A DNA stretch of 64,000 bases, taken from the NCBI RefSeq assembly GCF_009914755.1, contig NC_060946.1; one strand, written 5' to 3'. The position numbers and the translations under genes are program-made. The notes beneath the pieces were generated by a model. That model searched no databases. It worked only from the letters and a program-made list of their open reading frames with translations, and was not told the DNA's origin. The stretch is from the human T2T-CHM13v2.0 reference genome, Homo sapiens. How positions within the stretch are numbered: the first letter of the stretch is position 1; each line of letters opens with the position of its first letter. Positions 25,101 to 39,074 of the stretch are shown piece by piece.

Positions 25101-28100
25101 CTTTGTGACATATCCCTGCAATGATCACCCAGGTGATATACCACTTGCCAAGGCTCTGCCTACAGGGGCATTGCAATGTATCTCTGCACTGATCACCTAG
25201 GTCTTGTAGCTATTTTCTAGGATCTGCCTACAGGGTGCTTTGTGACGTGTCCCAGCAAGGATTACCCAGGTGATGTACCTCTCATCAAGGCTCTGCCTAC
25301 AGGCACATTGTGATGTATCTCTGCACTGATCACCTCGGTCATGTAACATTTTTCTAGGCTCTACCTACGATGGCATTGTGACATATCTCTGCACTAATCA
25401 TCCAAGTGATGTAACACTTGTCTAGGATGTGCCTAAATTAACTTTTTGACATAATCCTGTACTGATCATCCAGGTGATGGAGCTTTTGTCTAGGCTCTGC
25501 CTAAGGGGTCATTGTGACATATTTCTGCATTGATCACCCAGGTGGCGAACTCTTCTCTCGGATCTGCCTATGGGGGCATTGTGAGAAATCTCTGCACTGA
25601 TCACCCAGCTGATGTAACTGTTGTGTAACCTCTGCCTACAGGGGAATTGTGAGAGATCTCGTCACTGATTACCCAAGTGATGTAACCATTGTCTAGGCTT
25701 TGCGTACAGGGGGCTTTGTGACATACCTTTGCACTGATCACCCAGGAGATGTAACCCATCTAAGTTCGGCTTAAAGGAGCTTTGAGACATATCTCTGCAC
25801 TGATCACTTAGGTGATGTAAGACTTTTATAATCACTGCCTACAGGGAAATTTGACAAATCTCTGCACTGATCACCTAGGATATGTAACTCTTGTCTACCC
25901 TCTGTCCAACGGGGCATTGTGAAATGTCTCTGCACTGATCACCCAGGTGATTCAACTCTTGACTAGGAACTGCCTACAGAGGTTATTGTGAAATATCTCT
26001 GCACTGATAAACTAGGTGGTGTAACCCTTGTCCAAGCTCTGCCTACAGGGGCGTTTTCACATATCCCTGAACTGATGACAAAGGTGATGTAACTCTTGCC
26101 TAGTCTTTGCCTACAGGGAACATTGGACATATATCTGCACTGATCACCCACGTGATGCAACTCTTGCCTAGGCTTTGCCTACAGGGGACATTGTGACATA
26201 TCTCTTCAATGATCACTCATGTGATGCATCTCTTGCCTAGGCTTTGCCTACAGGGGATATTGTGACATATCTCTGCACTGATCTCCCAGGTGCTGTAACT
26301 TTAGTCTAGGCTCTGGCTACACGGCATTGTGACCTACCTCTGCACTGATCACCCAGGTGATATAACTCTTCTCTAGGATCTGCCTACAGGGTACTTTGTG
26401 ACATATCCCTGCACTGATCACCCAGGTGACCTAACTCTGGTCTAAGCTCTGCCTAAAGGGGCATTGTGACAGATCTCTGCACTGATCACTCTGGTGATGT
26501 AAGTATTGTCTAGGCTCTGCTTCAAGTGGCCTTGTCACATATCTCTGCACTGATCACCCAGGTGATGTAACTCTTGTCTAGGCTCTGCTTCCAGGGCATA
26601 TTGTGACATATCTATGCACTGATCACCTTAGTGATGTAACACTTTGGTAGGCTCGGCCTACAGGGGAATCTTGACATATCTCTGCACTGTTAACCGAGGT
26701 GATTTAACTCTTGTCTAGGCTGTGCCCACAGGGGGATTGAGACATATCTCTGCACTGATCCCGAGGTGATACAACTCTTGCCTGGTCTCTGCCTACTGTG
26801 GACATTGTGACATATCTCTGCACTGATCTCCCAGGTGCTGTAACTTTAGTCTAGGCTCTGGCTACACGGCATTGTGACATATCACTGCACTGATCACTCA
26901 GGCGATATAACTCTTCTCTAGGATCTGACCACAGGGTGCTTTGTGACATATCCCTGCAATGATCACCCAGGTGATATACCACTTGCCAAGGCTCTGCCTA
27001 CAGGGGCATTGCAATGTATCTCTGCACTGATCACCTAGGTCTTGTAGCTATTTTCTAGGATCTGCCTACAGGGTGCTTTGTGACGTGTCCCAGCAAGGAT
27101 TACCCAGGTGATGTACCTCTCATCCAGGCTCTGCCTACAGGCACATTGTGATGTATTTCTGCACTGATCACCTCGGTCATGTAACTTTTTTCTAGGCTCT
27201 ACCTACGATGGCATTGTGACATATCTCTGCACTAATCATCCAAGTGATGTAACTCTTGTCTAGGATGTGCCTAAATTAACTTTTTGACATAACCCTGTAC
27301 TGATCATCCAGGTGATGGAGCTTTTGTCTAGGCTCTGCCTAAGGGGGCATTGTGACATATTTCTGCATTGATTACCCAGGTGGCGAACTCTTCTCTCGGA
27401 TCTGCCTATGGGGGCATTGTGAGAAATCTCTGCACTGATCACCCAGGTGATGTAACTGTTGTGTAACCTCTGCCTACAGGGGAATTGTGAGAGATCTCGT
27501 CACTCATTATCCAAGTGATGTAACCAATGTCTAGGCTTTGCGTACAGGGGGCTTTGTGACATACCTTTGCACTGATCACCCAGGTGATGTAACACATCTA
27601 AGTTCGGCCTAAAGGAGCTTTGTGACATATCTCTGCACTGATCACTTAGGTGATGTAACACTTTTATAATCACTGCCTACAGGGAATTTTGACAAATCTC
27701 TGCACTGATCACCTAGGTGATGTAACTCTTGTCTACCCTCTGTCCAACGGGGCATTGTGAAATATCTCTGCACTAATCACCCAGGTGATTCAACTCTTGA
27801 CTAGGAACTGCCTACAGAGGTTATTGTGAAATATCTCTGCACTGATAAACTAGGTGGTGTAACCCTTGTCCAAGCTCTGCCTACAGGGTCGTTTCCACAT
27901 ATCCCTGAACTGATGACAAAGATGATGTAACCCTTGCCTAGTCTTTGCCTACAGGGAACATTGGACATATATCTGCACTGATCACCCAGGTAATGCAACT
28001 CTTGCCTAGGCTTTGCCTACAGGGGACATTGTGACATATCTCTTCAATGATCACTCATGTGATGCATCTCTTGCCTAGGCTTTGCCTACAGGGGACATTG

Positions 28101-31100
28101 TGACATATCTCTGCACTGATCTCCCAGGTGCTGTAACTTTAGTCTAGGCTGTGGCTACACGGCATTGTGACCTACCTCTGCACTGATCACCCAGGTGATA
28201 TAACTCTTCTCTAGGATCTGCCTACAGGGTACTTTGTGACATATCCCTGCACTGATCACCCAGGTGATCTAACTCTGGTCGAAGCTCTGCCTAAAGGGGC
28301 ATTGTGACAGATCTCTGCACTGATCACTCTGGTGATGTAAGTATTGTCTAGGCTCTGCTTCAAGGGGCCTTGTCACATATCTCTGCACTGATCACCCAGG
28401 TGATGTAACTCTTGTCTAGGCTCTGCTTCCAGGGCATATTGTGACATATCTATGCACTGATCACCTTAGTGATGTAACACTTTGGTAGGCTCGGCCTACA
28501 GGGGAATCTTGACATATCTCTGCACTGTTAACCGAGGTGATTTAACTCTTGTCTAGGCTGTGCCCACAGGGGGATTGAGACATATCTCTGCACTGATCCC
28601 GAGGTGATACAACTCTGGCCTGGTCTCTGCCTACTGTGGACATTGTGACATATCTCTGCACTGATCTCCCAGGTGCTGTAACTTTAGTCTAGGCTCTGGC
28701 TACACGGCATTGTGACATATCACTGCACTGATCACCTAGGCGATATAACTCTTCTCTAGGATCTGACCACAGGGTGCTTTGTGACATATCCCTGCAATGA
28801 TCACCCAGGTGATATACCACTTGCCAAGGCTCTGCCTACAGGGGCATTGCAATGTATCTCTGCACTGATCACCTAGGTCTTGTAGCTATTTTCTAGGATC
28901 TGCCTACAGGGTGCTTTGTGACGTGTCCCAGCAAGGATTACCCAGGTGATATACCTCTCATCAAGGCTCTGCCTACAGGCACATTGTGATGTATCTCTGC
29001 ACTGATCACCTCGGTCATGTAACTTTTTTCTAGGCTCTACCTACGATGGCATTGTGACATATCTCTGCACTAATCATCCAAGTGATGTAACTCTTGTCTA
29101 GGATGTGCCTAAATTAACTTTTTGACATAACCCTGTACTGATCATCCAGGTGATGGAGCTTTTGTCTAGGCTCTGCCTAAGGGGTCATTGTGACATATTT
29201 CTGCATTGATCACCCAGGTGGCGAACTCTTCTCTCGGATCTGCCTATGGGGGCATTGTGAGAAATCTCTGCACTGATCACCCAGCTGATGTAACTGTTGT
29301 GTAACCTCTGCCTACAGGGGAATTGTGAGAGATCTCGTCACTGATTACCCAAGTGATGTAACCATTGTCTAGGCTTTGCGTACAGGGGCTTTGTGACATA
29401 CCTTTGCACTGATCACCCAGGTGATGTAACACATCTAAGTTCGGCCTAAAGGAGCTTTGTGACATATCTCTGCACTGATCACTTAGGTGATGTAACACTT
29501 TTATAATCACTTCCTACAGGGAATTTTGACAAGTCTCTGCACTGATCACCTAGGTGATGTAACTCTTGTGTACCCTCTGTCCAACGGGGCATTGTGAAAT
29601 ATCTCTGCACTGATCACCCAGGTGATTCAACTCTTGAATAGGAACTGCCTACCGAGGTTATTGTGAAATATCTCTGCACTGATAAACTAGGTGGTGTAAC
29701 CCTTGTCCAAGCTCTGCCTACAGGGTCGTTTCCACATATCCCTGAACTGATGACAAAGGTGATGTAACTCTTGCCTAGGCTTTGCCTACAGGGAACATTG
29801 GACATATATCTGCACTGATCCCCCAGGTGATGCAACTCTTGCCTAGGCTTTGCCTACAGGGGACATTGTGACATATCTCTTCAATGATCACTCATGTGAT
29901 GCATCTCTTGCCTAGGCTTTGCCTACAGGGGACATTGTGACATATCTCTGCACTGATCTCCCAGGTGCTGTAACTTTAGTCTAGGCTGTGGCTACACGGC
30001 ATTGTGACCTACCTCTGCACTGATCACCCAGGTGATATAACTCTTCTCTAGGATCTGCCTACAGGGTACTTTGTGACATATCCCTGCACTGATCACCCAG
30101 GTGATCTAACACTGGTCTAAGCTCTGCCTAAAGGGGCATTATGACAGATCTCTGCACTGATCACTCTGGTGATGTAATTATTGTCTTGTTTCTGCTTCAA
30201 GGGGCCTTGTCACATATCTCTGCACTGATCACCCAGGTGATGTAACTCTTGTCTAGGCTCTGCTTCCAGGGCATATTGTGACATATCTATGCACTGATCA
30301 CCTTAGTGATGTAACACTTTGGTAGGCTCGGCCTACAGGGGAATCTTGACATATCTCTGCACTGTTAACCGAGGTGATTTAACTCTTGTCTAGGCTGTGC
30401 CCACAGGGGGATTGAGACATATCTCTGCACTGATCCCGAGGTGATACAACTCTTGCCTGGTCTCTGCCTACTGTGGACATTGTGACATATCTCTGCACTG
30501 ATGTCCCAGGTGCTGCAACTTTAGTCTAGGCTCTGGCTACACGGCATTGTGACATATCACTGCACTGATCACCCAGGCGATATAACTCTTCTCTAGGATC
30601 TGACCACGGGGTGCTTTGTGACATATCCCTGCAATGATCACCCAGGTGATATACCACTTGCCAAGGCTCTGCCTACAGGGTCATTGCAATGTATCTCTGC
30701 ACTGATCACCTAGGTCTTGTAGCTATTTTCTAGGATCTGCCTACAGGGTGCTTTGTGACGTGTCCCAGCAAGGATTACCCAGGTGATGTACCTCTCATCA
30801 AGGCTCTGCCTACAGGCACATTGTGATGTATCTCTGCACTGATCACCTCGGTCATGTAACTTTTTTCTAGGCTCTACCTACGATGGCATTGTGACATATC
30901 TCTGCACTAATCATCCAAGTGATGTAACTCTCGTCTAGGATGTGCCTAAATTAACTTTTTGACATATCCATGTACTGATCATCCAGGTGATGGAGCTTTT
31001 GTCTAGGCTCTGCCTAAGGGGGCATTGTGACATATTTCTGCATTGATCACCCAGGTGGCGAACTCTTCTCTCGGATCTGCCTATGGGGGCATTGTGAGAA

Positions 31101-34100
31101 ATCTCTGCACTGATCACCCAGCTGATGTAACTCTTGTGTAACCTCTGCCTACAGGGGAATTGTGAGAGATCTCGTCACTGATTACCCAAGTGATGTAACC
31201 ATTGTCTAGGCTTTGCGTACAGGGGGCTTTGTGACATACCTTTGCACTGATCACCCAGGTGATGTAACACATCTAAGTTCGGCCTAAAGGAGCTTTGTGA
31301 CATATCTCTGCACTGATCACTTAGGTGATGTAACACTTTTATAATCACTGCCTACAGGGAATTTTGACAAATCTCTGCACTGATCACCTAGGTGATGTAA
31401 CTCTTGTGTACCCTCTGTCCAACGGGGCATTGTGAAATATCTCTGCACTGATCACCCAGGTGATTGAACTCTTGAATAGGAACTGCCTACAGAGGTTATT
31501 GTGAAATATCTCTGCACTGATAAACTAGGTGGTGTAACCCTTGTCCAAGCTCTGCCTACAGGGTCGTTTCCACATATCCCTGAACTGATGACAAAGGTGA
31601 TGTAACTCTTGCCTAGGCTTTGCCTACAGGGAACATTGGACATATATCTGCACTGATGACCCAGGTGATGCAACTCTTGCCTAGGCTTTGCCTACAGGGG
31701 ACATTGTGACATATCTCTTCAATGATCACTCATGTGATGCATCTCTTGCCTAGGCTTTGCCTACAGGGGACATTGTGACATATCTCTGCACTGATCTCCC
31801 AGGTGCTGTAACTTTAGTCTAGGCTGTGGCTACACGGCTTTGTGACCTACCTCTGCACTGATCACCCAGGTGATATAACTCTTCTCTAGGATCTGCCTAC
31901 AGGGTACTTTGTGACATATCCCTGCACTGATCACCCAGGTGATCTAACTCTGGTCTAAGCTCTGCCTAAAGGGGCATTATGACAGATCTCTGCACTGATC
32001 ACTCTGGTGATGTAATTATTGTCTAGTTTCTGCTTCAAGGGGCCTTGTCACATATCTCTGCACTGATCACCCAGGTGATGTAACTCTTGTCTAGGCTCTG
32101 CTTCCAGGGCATATTGTGACATATCTATGCACTGATCACCTTAGTGATGTAACACTTTGGTAGGCTCGGCCTACAGGGGAATCTTGACATATCTCTGCAC
32201 TGTTAACCGAGGTGATTTAACTCTTGTCTAGGCTGTGCCCACAGGGGGATTGAGACATATCTCTGCACTGATCCCGAGGTGATACAAATCTTGCCTGGTC
32301 TCTGCCTACTGTGGACTTTGGGACATATCTCTGCACTGATCTCCCAGGTGCTGTAACTTTAGTCTAGGCTCTGGCTACACGGCATTGTGACATATCACTG
32401 CACTGATCACCCAGGCGATATAACTCTTCTCTAGGATCTGACCACAGGGTGCTTTGTGACATATCCCTGCAATGATCACCCAGGTGATATACCACTTGCC
32501 AAGGCTCTGCCTACAGGGGCATTGCAATGTATCTCTGCACTGATCACCTAGGTCTTGTAGCTATTTTCTAGGATCTGCCTACAGGGTGCTTTGTGACATG
32601 TCCCAGCCAGGATTACCCAGGTGATGTACCTCTCATCAAGGCTCTGCCTACAGGCACATTGTGATGTATCTCTGCACTGATCACCTCGGTCATGTAACTT
32701 TTTTCTAGGCTCTACCTACGATGGCATTGTGACATATCTCCGCACTAATCATCCAAGTGATGTAACTCTTGTCTAGGATGTGCCTAAATTAACTTTTTGA
32801 CATAACCCTGTACTGATCATCCAGGTGATGGAGCTTTTGTCTAGGCTCTGCCTAAGGGGGCATTGTGACATATTTCTGCATTGATCACCCAGGTGGCGAA
32901 CTCTTCTCTCGGATCTGCCTATGGGGGCATTGTGAGAAATCTCTGCACTGATCACCCAGCTGATGTAACTGTTGTGTAACCTCTGCCAACAGGGGAATTG
33001 TGAGAGATCTCGTCACTGATTACCCAAGTGATGTAACCATTGTGTAGGCTTTGCGTACAGGGGGCTTTGTGACATACCTTTGCACTGATCACCCAGGTGA
33101 TGTAACACATCTAAGTTCGGCCTAAAGGAACTTTGTGACATATCTCTGCACTGATCACTTAGGTGATGTAACACTTTTATAATCACTGCCTACAGGGAAT
33201 TTTGACAAATCTCTGCACTGATCACCTAGGTGATGTAACTCTTGTCTACCCTCTGTCCAACGGGGCATTGTGTAATATCTCTGCACTGATCACCCAGGTG
33301 ATTCAACTCTTGACTAGGAACTGCCTACAGAGGTTATTGTGAAATATCTCTGCACTGATAATCTAGGTGGTGTAACCCTTGTCCAAGCTCTGCCTACAGG
33401 GTCGTTTCCACATATCCCTGAACTGATGACAAAGGTGATGTAACTCTTGCCTATGCTTTGCCTACAGGGGACATTGGACATATATCTGCACTGATCACCC
33501 AGGTGATGCAACTCTTGCCTAGGCTTTGCCTACAGGGGACATTGTGACATATCTCTTCAATGATCACTCATGTGATGCATATCTTGCCTAGGCTTTGCCT
33601 ACAGGGGACATTGTGACATATCTCTGCACTGATCTCCCAGGTGCTGTAACTTTAGTTTAGGCTCTGGCTACACGGCATTGTGACCTACCTCTGCACTGAT
33701 CACCCAGGTGATATAACTCTTCTCTAGGATCTGCCTACAGGGTACTTTGTGACATATCCCTGCACTGATCACCCAGGTGATCTAACTCTGGTCTAAGCTC
33801 TGCCTAAAGGGGCATTGTGACAGATCTCTGCACTGATCACTCTGGTGATGTAAGTATTGTCTAGGTTCTGCTTCAAGGGACCTTGTCACATATCTCTGCA
33901 CTGATCACCCAGGTGATGTAATTCTTGTCTAGGCTCTGCTTCCAGGGCATATTGTGAGATATCTATGCACTGATCACCTTAGTGATGTAACACTTTGGTA
34001 GGCTCGGCCTACAGGGGAATCTTGACATATCTCTGCACTGTTAACCGAGGTGATTTAACTCTTGTCTAGGCTGTGCCCACAGGGGGATTGAGACATATCT

Positions 34101-34924
34101 CTGCACTGATCCCGAGGTGATACAAGTCTTGCCTGGTCTCTGCCTACTGTGGACATTGGGACATATCTCTGCACTGATCTCCCAGGTGCTGTAACTTTAG
34201 TCTAGGCTCTGGCTACACGGCATTGTGACATATCACTACACTGATCACCGAGGCGATATAACTCTTCTCTAGGATCTGACCACAGGGTGCTTTGTGACAT
34301 ATCCCTGCAATGATCACCCAGGTGATATACCACTTGCCAAGGCTCTGCCTACAGGGGCATTGCAATGTATCTCTGCACTGATCACCTAGGTCTTGTAGCT
34401 ATTTTCTAGGATCTGCCTACAGGGTGCTTTGTGACGTGTCCCAGCAAGGATTACCCAGGTGATGTACCTCTCATCAAGGCTCTGCCTACAGGCACATTGT
34501 GATGTATCTCTGCACTGATCACCTCGGTCATGTAACTTTTTTCTAGGCTCTACCTACGATGGCATTGTGACATATCTCTGCACTAATCATCCAAGTGATG
34601 TAACTCTTGTCTAGGATGTGCCTAAATTAACTTTTTGACATAACCCTGTACTGATCATCCAGGTGATGGAGCTTTTGTCTAGGCTCTGCCTAAGGGGGCA
34701 TTGTGACATATTTCTGCATTGATCACCCAGGTGGCGAACTCTTCTCTCGGATCTGCCTATGGGGGCATTGTGAGAAATCTCTGAACTGATCACCCAGGTG
34801 ATGTAACAGTTGTGTAACCTCTGCCTACAGGGGAATTGTGAGAGATCTCGTCACTCATTACCCAAGTGATGTAACCATTGTCTAGGCTTTGCGTACAGGG
34901 GGCTTTGTGACATACCTTTGCACT
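22129..34924 (+). repeat. Nested 27-mer clade (seven consecutive units, 1,837-1,838 bp; one is a 1,769-bp 26-mer)
   Basis: Every unit carries the m9/m10 hybrid 'ggctacacggc(a/t)ttgtgacctacctctgcact' (near 22711, 24481, 26321, 28158, 29995, 31831, 33669) and m24 'gatcacctcggtcatg'. Confidence 0.9.
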
Positions 34925-36828
34925 GATCACCCAGGTGATGTAACACATCTAAGTTCGGCCTAAAGGAGCCTTGTGACATATCTCCGCACTGATCACTTAG
35001 GTGATGTAACACTTTTATAATCACTGCCTACAGGGAAATTTGACAAATCTCTGCACTGATCACCTAGGTGATGTAACTCTTGTCTACCCTCTGTCCAACG
35101 GGGCATTGTGAAATGTCTCTGCACTGATCACCCAGGTGATTCAACTCTTGACTACGAACTTCCTACAGAGGTTATTGTGAAATATCTCTGCACTGATAAA
35201 CTAGGTGGTGTAACCCTTGTCCAAGCTCTGCCTACAGGGGCGTTTCCACATATCCCTGAACTGATGACAAAAGTGATGTAACACTTGCCTAGGCTTTGCG
35301 CACAGGGAACATTGGACATATATCTGCACTGATCACCCAGGTGATGCAACTCTTGCCTAGGCTTTGCCTACAGGGGACATCGTGACCTATCTCTTCAATG
35401 ATCACTCATGTGATGCATCTCTTGCCTAGGCTTTGCCTACAGGGGACATTGTGACATATCTCTGCACTTATCTCCCAGGTGCTGTAAATTTAGTCTCGCT
35501 CTGGCTACACGGCATTGTGACATATCACTGCACTGATCAACCAGGTGATATAACTCTTGTATAGGCTCTGCCTACAGGGGGATTGTGACCTACCTCTGCA
35601 CTGATCACCCAGGTGATATAACTCTTCTCTAGGATCTTCCTACAGGGTACTTTGTGACATATCCCTGCACTGATCACCCAGGTGATCTATCTCTGGTCTA
35701 AGCTCTCCTTAAAGGGGCATTGTGACAGATCTCTGCACTGATCACTCAGGTGATGTAAGTATTGTCTAGGCTCTGCTTCAAGGGGCCTTGTCACATATCT
35801 CTGCACTGATCACCCAGGTGATGTAACTCTTGTCTAGGCTCTGCTTCCAGGGCATATTGTGACATATCTATGCACTGATCACCTTAGTGATGTAACACTT
35901 TGGTAGGCTCGGCCTACAGGGGAATCTTGACATATCTCTGCACTGTTAAACGAGGTGATTTAACTCTTGTCTAGGCTGTGCCCACAGGGGGATTGAGACA
36001 TATCTCTGCACTGATCCCGAGGTGATACAACTCTTGCCTGGTCTCTGCCTACTGTGGACATTGGGACATATCTCTGCACTGATCTCCCAGGTGCTGTAAC
36101 TTTAGTCTAGGCTCTGGCTACACGGCATTGTGACATATCACTGCACTGATCACCCAGGCGATAAAACTCTTCTCTAGGATCTGACCACAGGGTGCTTTGT
36201 GACATATCCCTGCAATGATCACCCAGGTGATATACCACTTGCCAAGGCTCTGCCTACAGGGGCATTGCAATGTATCTCTGCACTGATCACCTAGGTCTTG
36301 TAGCTATTTTCTAGGATATGCCTACAGGGTGCTTTGTGACGTGTCCCAGCAAGGATTACCCAGGTGATGTACCTCTCATCAAGTCTCTGCCTACAGGCAC
36401 ATTGTGATGTATCTCTGCACTGATCACCTAGGTCATGTTACTTTTTTCTAGGCTCTACCTACGATGGCATTGTGACATATCTCTTCACTAAACATCCAAG
36501 TGATGTAACTCTTGTCTAGGATGTGCCGAAATTAACTTTTTGACATAACCCTGTACTGATCATCCAGGTGATGGAGCTTTTGTCTAGGCTCTGCCTAAGG
36601 GGGCATTGTGACATATTTCTGCATTGATCACCCAGGTGGCGAACTCTTCTCTCGGATCTGCCTATGGGGGCATTGTGAGAAATCTCTGCACTGATCACCC
36701 AGGTGATGTAACTGTTGTGTAACCTCTGCCTACAGGGGAATTGTGAGAGATCTCGTCACTGATTACCCAAGTGATGTAACCGTTGTCTAGTCTTTGCGTA
36801 CAAGGGGCTTTGTGACATACTATGCACT

Positions 36829-39074
36829 GATCACCCAGGTGATGTAACACATCTAAGTTCGGCCTAAAGGAGCTTTGTGACATATCTCTGCACTGATCAC
36901 TTAGGTGATGTAACACTTTTATAATCACTGCCTACAAGGAATTTTGACAAATCTCTGCACTGATCACCTAGGTGATGTAACTCTTGTCTACCCTCTGTCC
37001 AACGGGGCATTGTGAAATATCTCTGCACTGATCACCCAGGTGATTCAACTCTTGACTAGGAACTGCCTACAGAGGTTATTGTGAAATATCTCTGCACTGA
37101 TAAACTAGGTGGTGTAACCCTTGTCCAAGCTCTGCCTACAGGGGCTTTTCCTCATATCCCTGAACTGATGACAAAGGTGATGCAACTCTTGCCTAGGCTT
37201 TGCCTACAGGGAACATTGGACATATATCTGCACTGATCCCCCAGGTGATGCAACTCTTACCTTGGCTTTGCCTACAGGGGACATCGTGACATATCTCTTC
37301 CATGATGTCTCATGTGATGCATCTCTTGCCTAGGCTTTGCCTACAGGGGACATTGTGACATATCTCTGCACTGATCTCCCAGGTGCTGTAACTTTAGTCT
37401 AGGCTCTGGCTACACGGCATTGTGACATATCACTGCACTGATCACCCAGGTGATGTAACTCTTGTCTAGGCTCTGCTTCCAGGGCATATTGTGACATATC
37501 TATGCACTGATCACCTTAGTGATGTAACACTTTGGTAGGCTCGGCCTACAGGGGAATCTTGACATATCTCTGCACTGTTAACCGAGGTGATTTAACTCTT
37601 GTCTAGGCTGTGTCCACAGGGGGATTGAGACATATCTCTGCACTGATCCCGAGGTGATACAACTCTTGCCTGGTCTCTGCCTACTGTGGACATTGTGACA
37701 TATCTCTGCACTGATCTCCCAGGTGATCTAACTTTAGTCTATGCTCTGGCTACACGGCATTGTGACATATCACTGCACTGATCAACCAGGTGATATAACT
37801 CTTGTATAGGCTCTGCCTACAGGGGGATTGTGACCTACGATTGCACTGATCACCCAGGTGATATAACTCTTCTCTTGGATCTGCCTACAAGGTACTTTGT
37901 GACATATCCCTGCACTTATCACCCAGGTGATCTAACTCTGGTCTAAGCTCTGCCTAAAGGGGCATTGTGACAGATCTCTACACTGATCACTCTGGTGATG
38001 TAAGTATTGTCTAGGCTCTGCTACAAGGGGCCTTGTCACATACCTCTGCACTGATCACCCAGGTGATGTAACTCTTGTCTAGGCTCTTCTTCCAGGGCAT
38101 GTTGTGACATATCTATGCACTGATCACCTTAGTGATGTTACACTTTGGTAGGCTCGGCCTACAGGGGAATCTTGACATATCTCTGCACTGTTAACTGAGG
38201 TGATTTAACTCTTGTCTAGGCTGTGCCCACAGGGGGATTGGGACATATCTCTGTACTGATCCCGAGGTGATACAACTCTTGCCTGGTCTCTGCCTACTGT
38301 GGACATTGTGACATATCTCTGCACTGATCTCCCAGGTGCTGTAACTTTAGTCTAGGATCTGGCTACACGGCATTGTGACATATCACTGCACTGATCACGT
38401 AGGCGATATAACTCTTCTCTAGGATCTGACCACAGGGTGCTTTGTGACATATCCCTGCAATGATCACCCAGGTGATATACCACTTGCCAAGGCTCTGCCT
38501 ACAGGGGCATTGCAATGTATCTCTGCACTGATCACCTAGGTCTTGTAGCTATTTTCTAGGATCTGCCTACAGTGTGCTTTGTGACGTGTCCCAGCAAGGA
38601 TTACCCCGGTGATGTACCTCTCATCAAGGCTCTGCCTACAGGCACATTGTGATGTATCTCTGCACTGATCACTGAGGTCATGTAAATTTTTTCTAGGCTC
38701 TACCTACGGTGGCATTGTGACATATCTCTGCACTAATCATCCAAGTGATGTAACTCTTGTCTAGGATGTGCCTAAATTAACTTTTTGACATAACCCTGTA
38801 CTGATCATCCAGGTGATGGAGCTTTTGTCTAGGCTCTGCCTAAGGGGGCATTGTGACATATTTCTGCATTGATCACCCAGGTGGCGAACTCTTCTCTCGG
38901 ATCTGCCTATGGGGTCATTGTGAGAAATCTCTGCACTGATCACCCAGGTGATGTAACTGTTGTGTAACCTCTGCCTACAGGGGAATTGTGAGAGATCTCG
39001 TCACTGATTACCCAAGTGATGTACCCGTTGTCTAGGCTTTGCATACAGGGGGCTTTGTGACATACCTTTGCACT
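36829..39074 (+). repeat. 33-monomer HOR variant (2,246 bp)
   Basis: Order is m1-m9, then m14-m18 (37440-37779), then m10 onward from 37780: five extra monomers relative to the 28-mer. Confidence 0.87.
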
